DNA of 7,295 nucleotides from Caedimonas varicaedens (GTDB lineage Bacteria; Pseudomonadota; Alphaproteobacteria; Caedimonadales; Caedimonadaceae): NCBI GenBank assembly GCA_001192655.1, contig BBVC01000038.1, positions 1 to 7,295 of the forward strand, read 5' to 3'. Shown piece by piece: positions 7,074 to 7,295 of this stretch (position 1 is its first letter; each line of letters starts with the position of its first letter). The notes under the pieces were generated by a model. It saw only the letters and a program-made list of their open reading frames with translations, ran no database searches and was not told where the DNA came from. The position numbers and the translations under genes were made by a program.

Positions 7074-7295
7074 TTTTGATCTTTCTGCTTTTTCAAAATT
7101 TCCAGTCCCCAACGCTCTATCATAATCTTTTTTAAAACGTGAGGATACACTCTTTGTCATATGCCTTTCAAAATGTCGGGTCAACTCATTCCATGCACAT
7201 AATGTGTGAATGTTTTCTACCTCAAATCACTTATACTAAAAAACTTGACATATTTTGGCGAATAACATCAAGTGTTACATATAGCTAACAACATA

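Noticed and set aside
7245-7250. Perfect TTGACA hexamer on the plus strand upstream of nuoA (divergent direction); on the minus strand, TTGAGG-17-TTATGT and a TATAAG box
   Set aside because: No acceptable -10 lies at 16-18 nt from TTGACA. The minus-strand candidates each have a poor partner hexamer. I cannot support a promoter call from sequence alone.

Overview
This window looks like part of an alphaproteobacterial, mitochondrion-like chromosome. That assignment is inferred from the protein sequences and no database search was run. The minus strand carries the promoter-proximal half of the respiratory complex I operon, nuoA-B-C-D-E-F (about 7184 down to 2504). Its gene junctions are tightly coupled (ATGA, GTGA and TGATG overlaps). 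Three things occupy the position where nuoG should follow nuoF. First comes a 120-nt AT-rich spacer. Next is a strongly AT-rich 468-codon gene (2383 down to 977). It encodes a protein with a signal peptide, a class-3-lipase-like alpha/beta-hydrolase domain (GYSRG nucleophile elbow, Ser/Asp/His candidates) and a C-terminal domain of about 170 aa that I cannot assign to any family. Last is a decayed relic of only the first ~95 codons of nuoG (939 down to ~642). The relic has lost one Fe-S cysteine ligand, carries a frameshift and is truncated. It abuts the 3' end of a convergent plus-strand phaB-like short-chain dehydrogenase gene (window edge to 652). No nuoG body and no nuoH-N genes are present. 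The main hunting result is this compositionally foreign, probably secreted lipase-like gene sitting at a broken nuo operon. I saw no tRNA, rRNA, CRISPR array or transposase.
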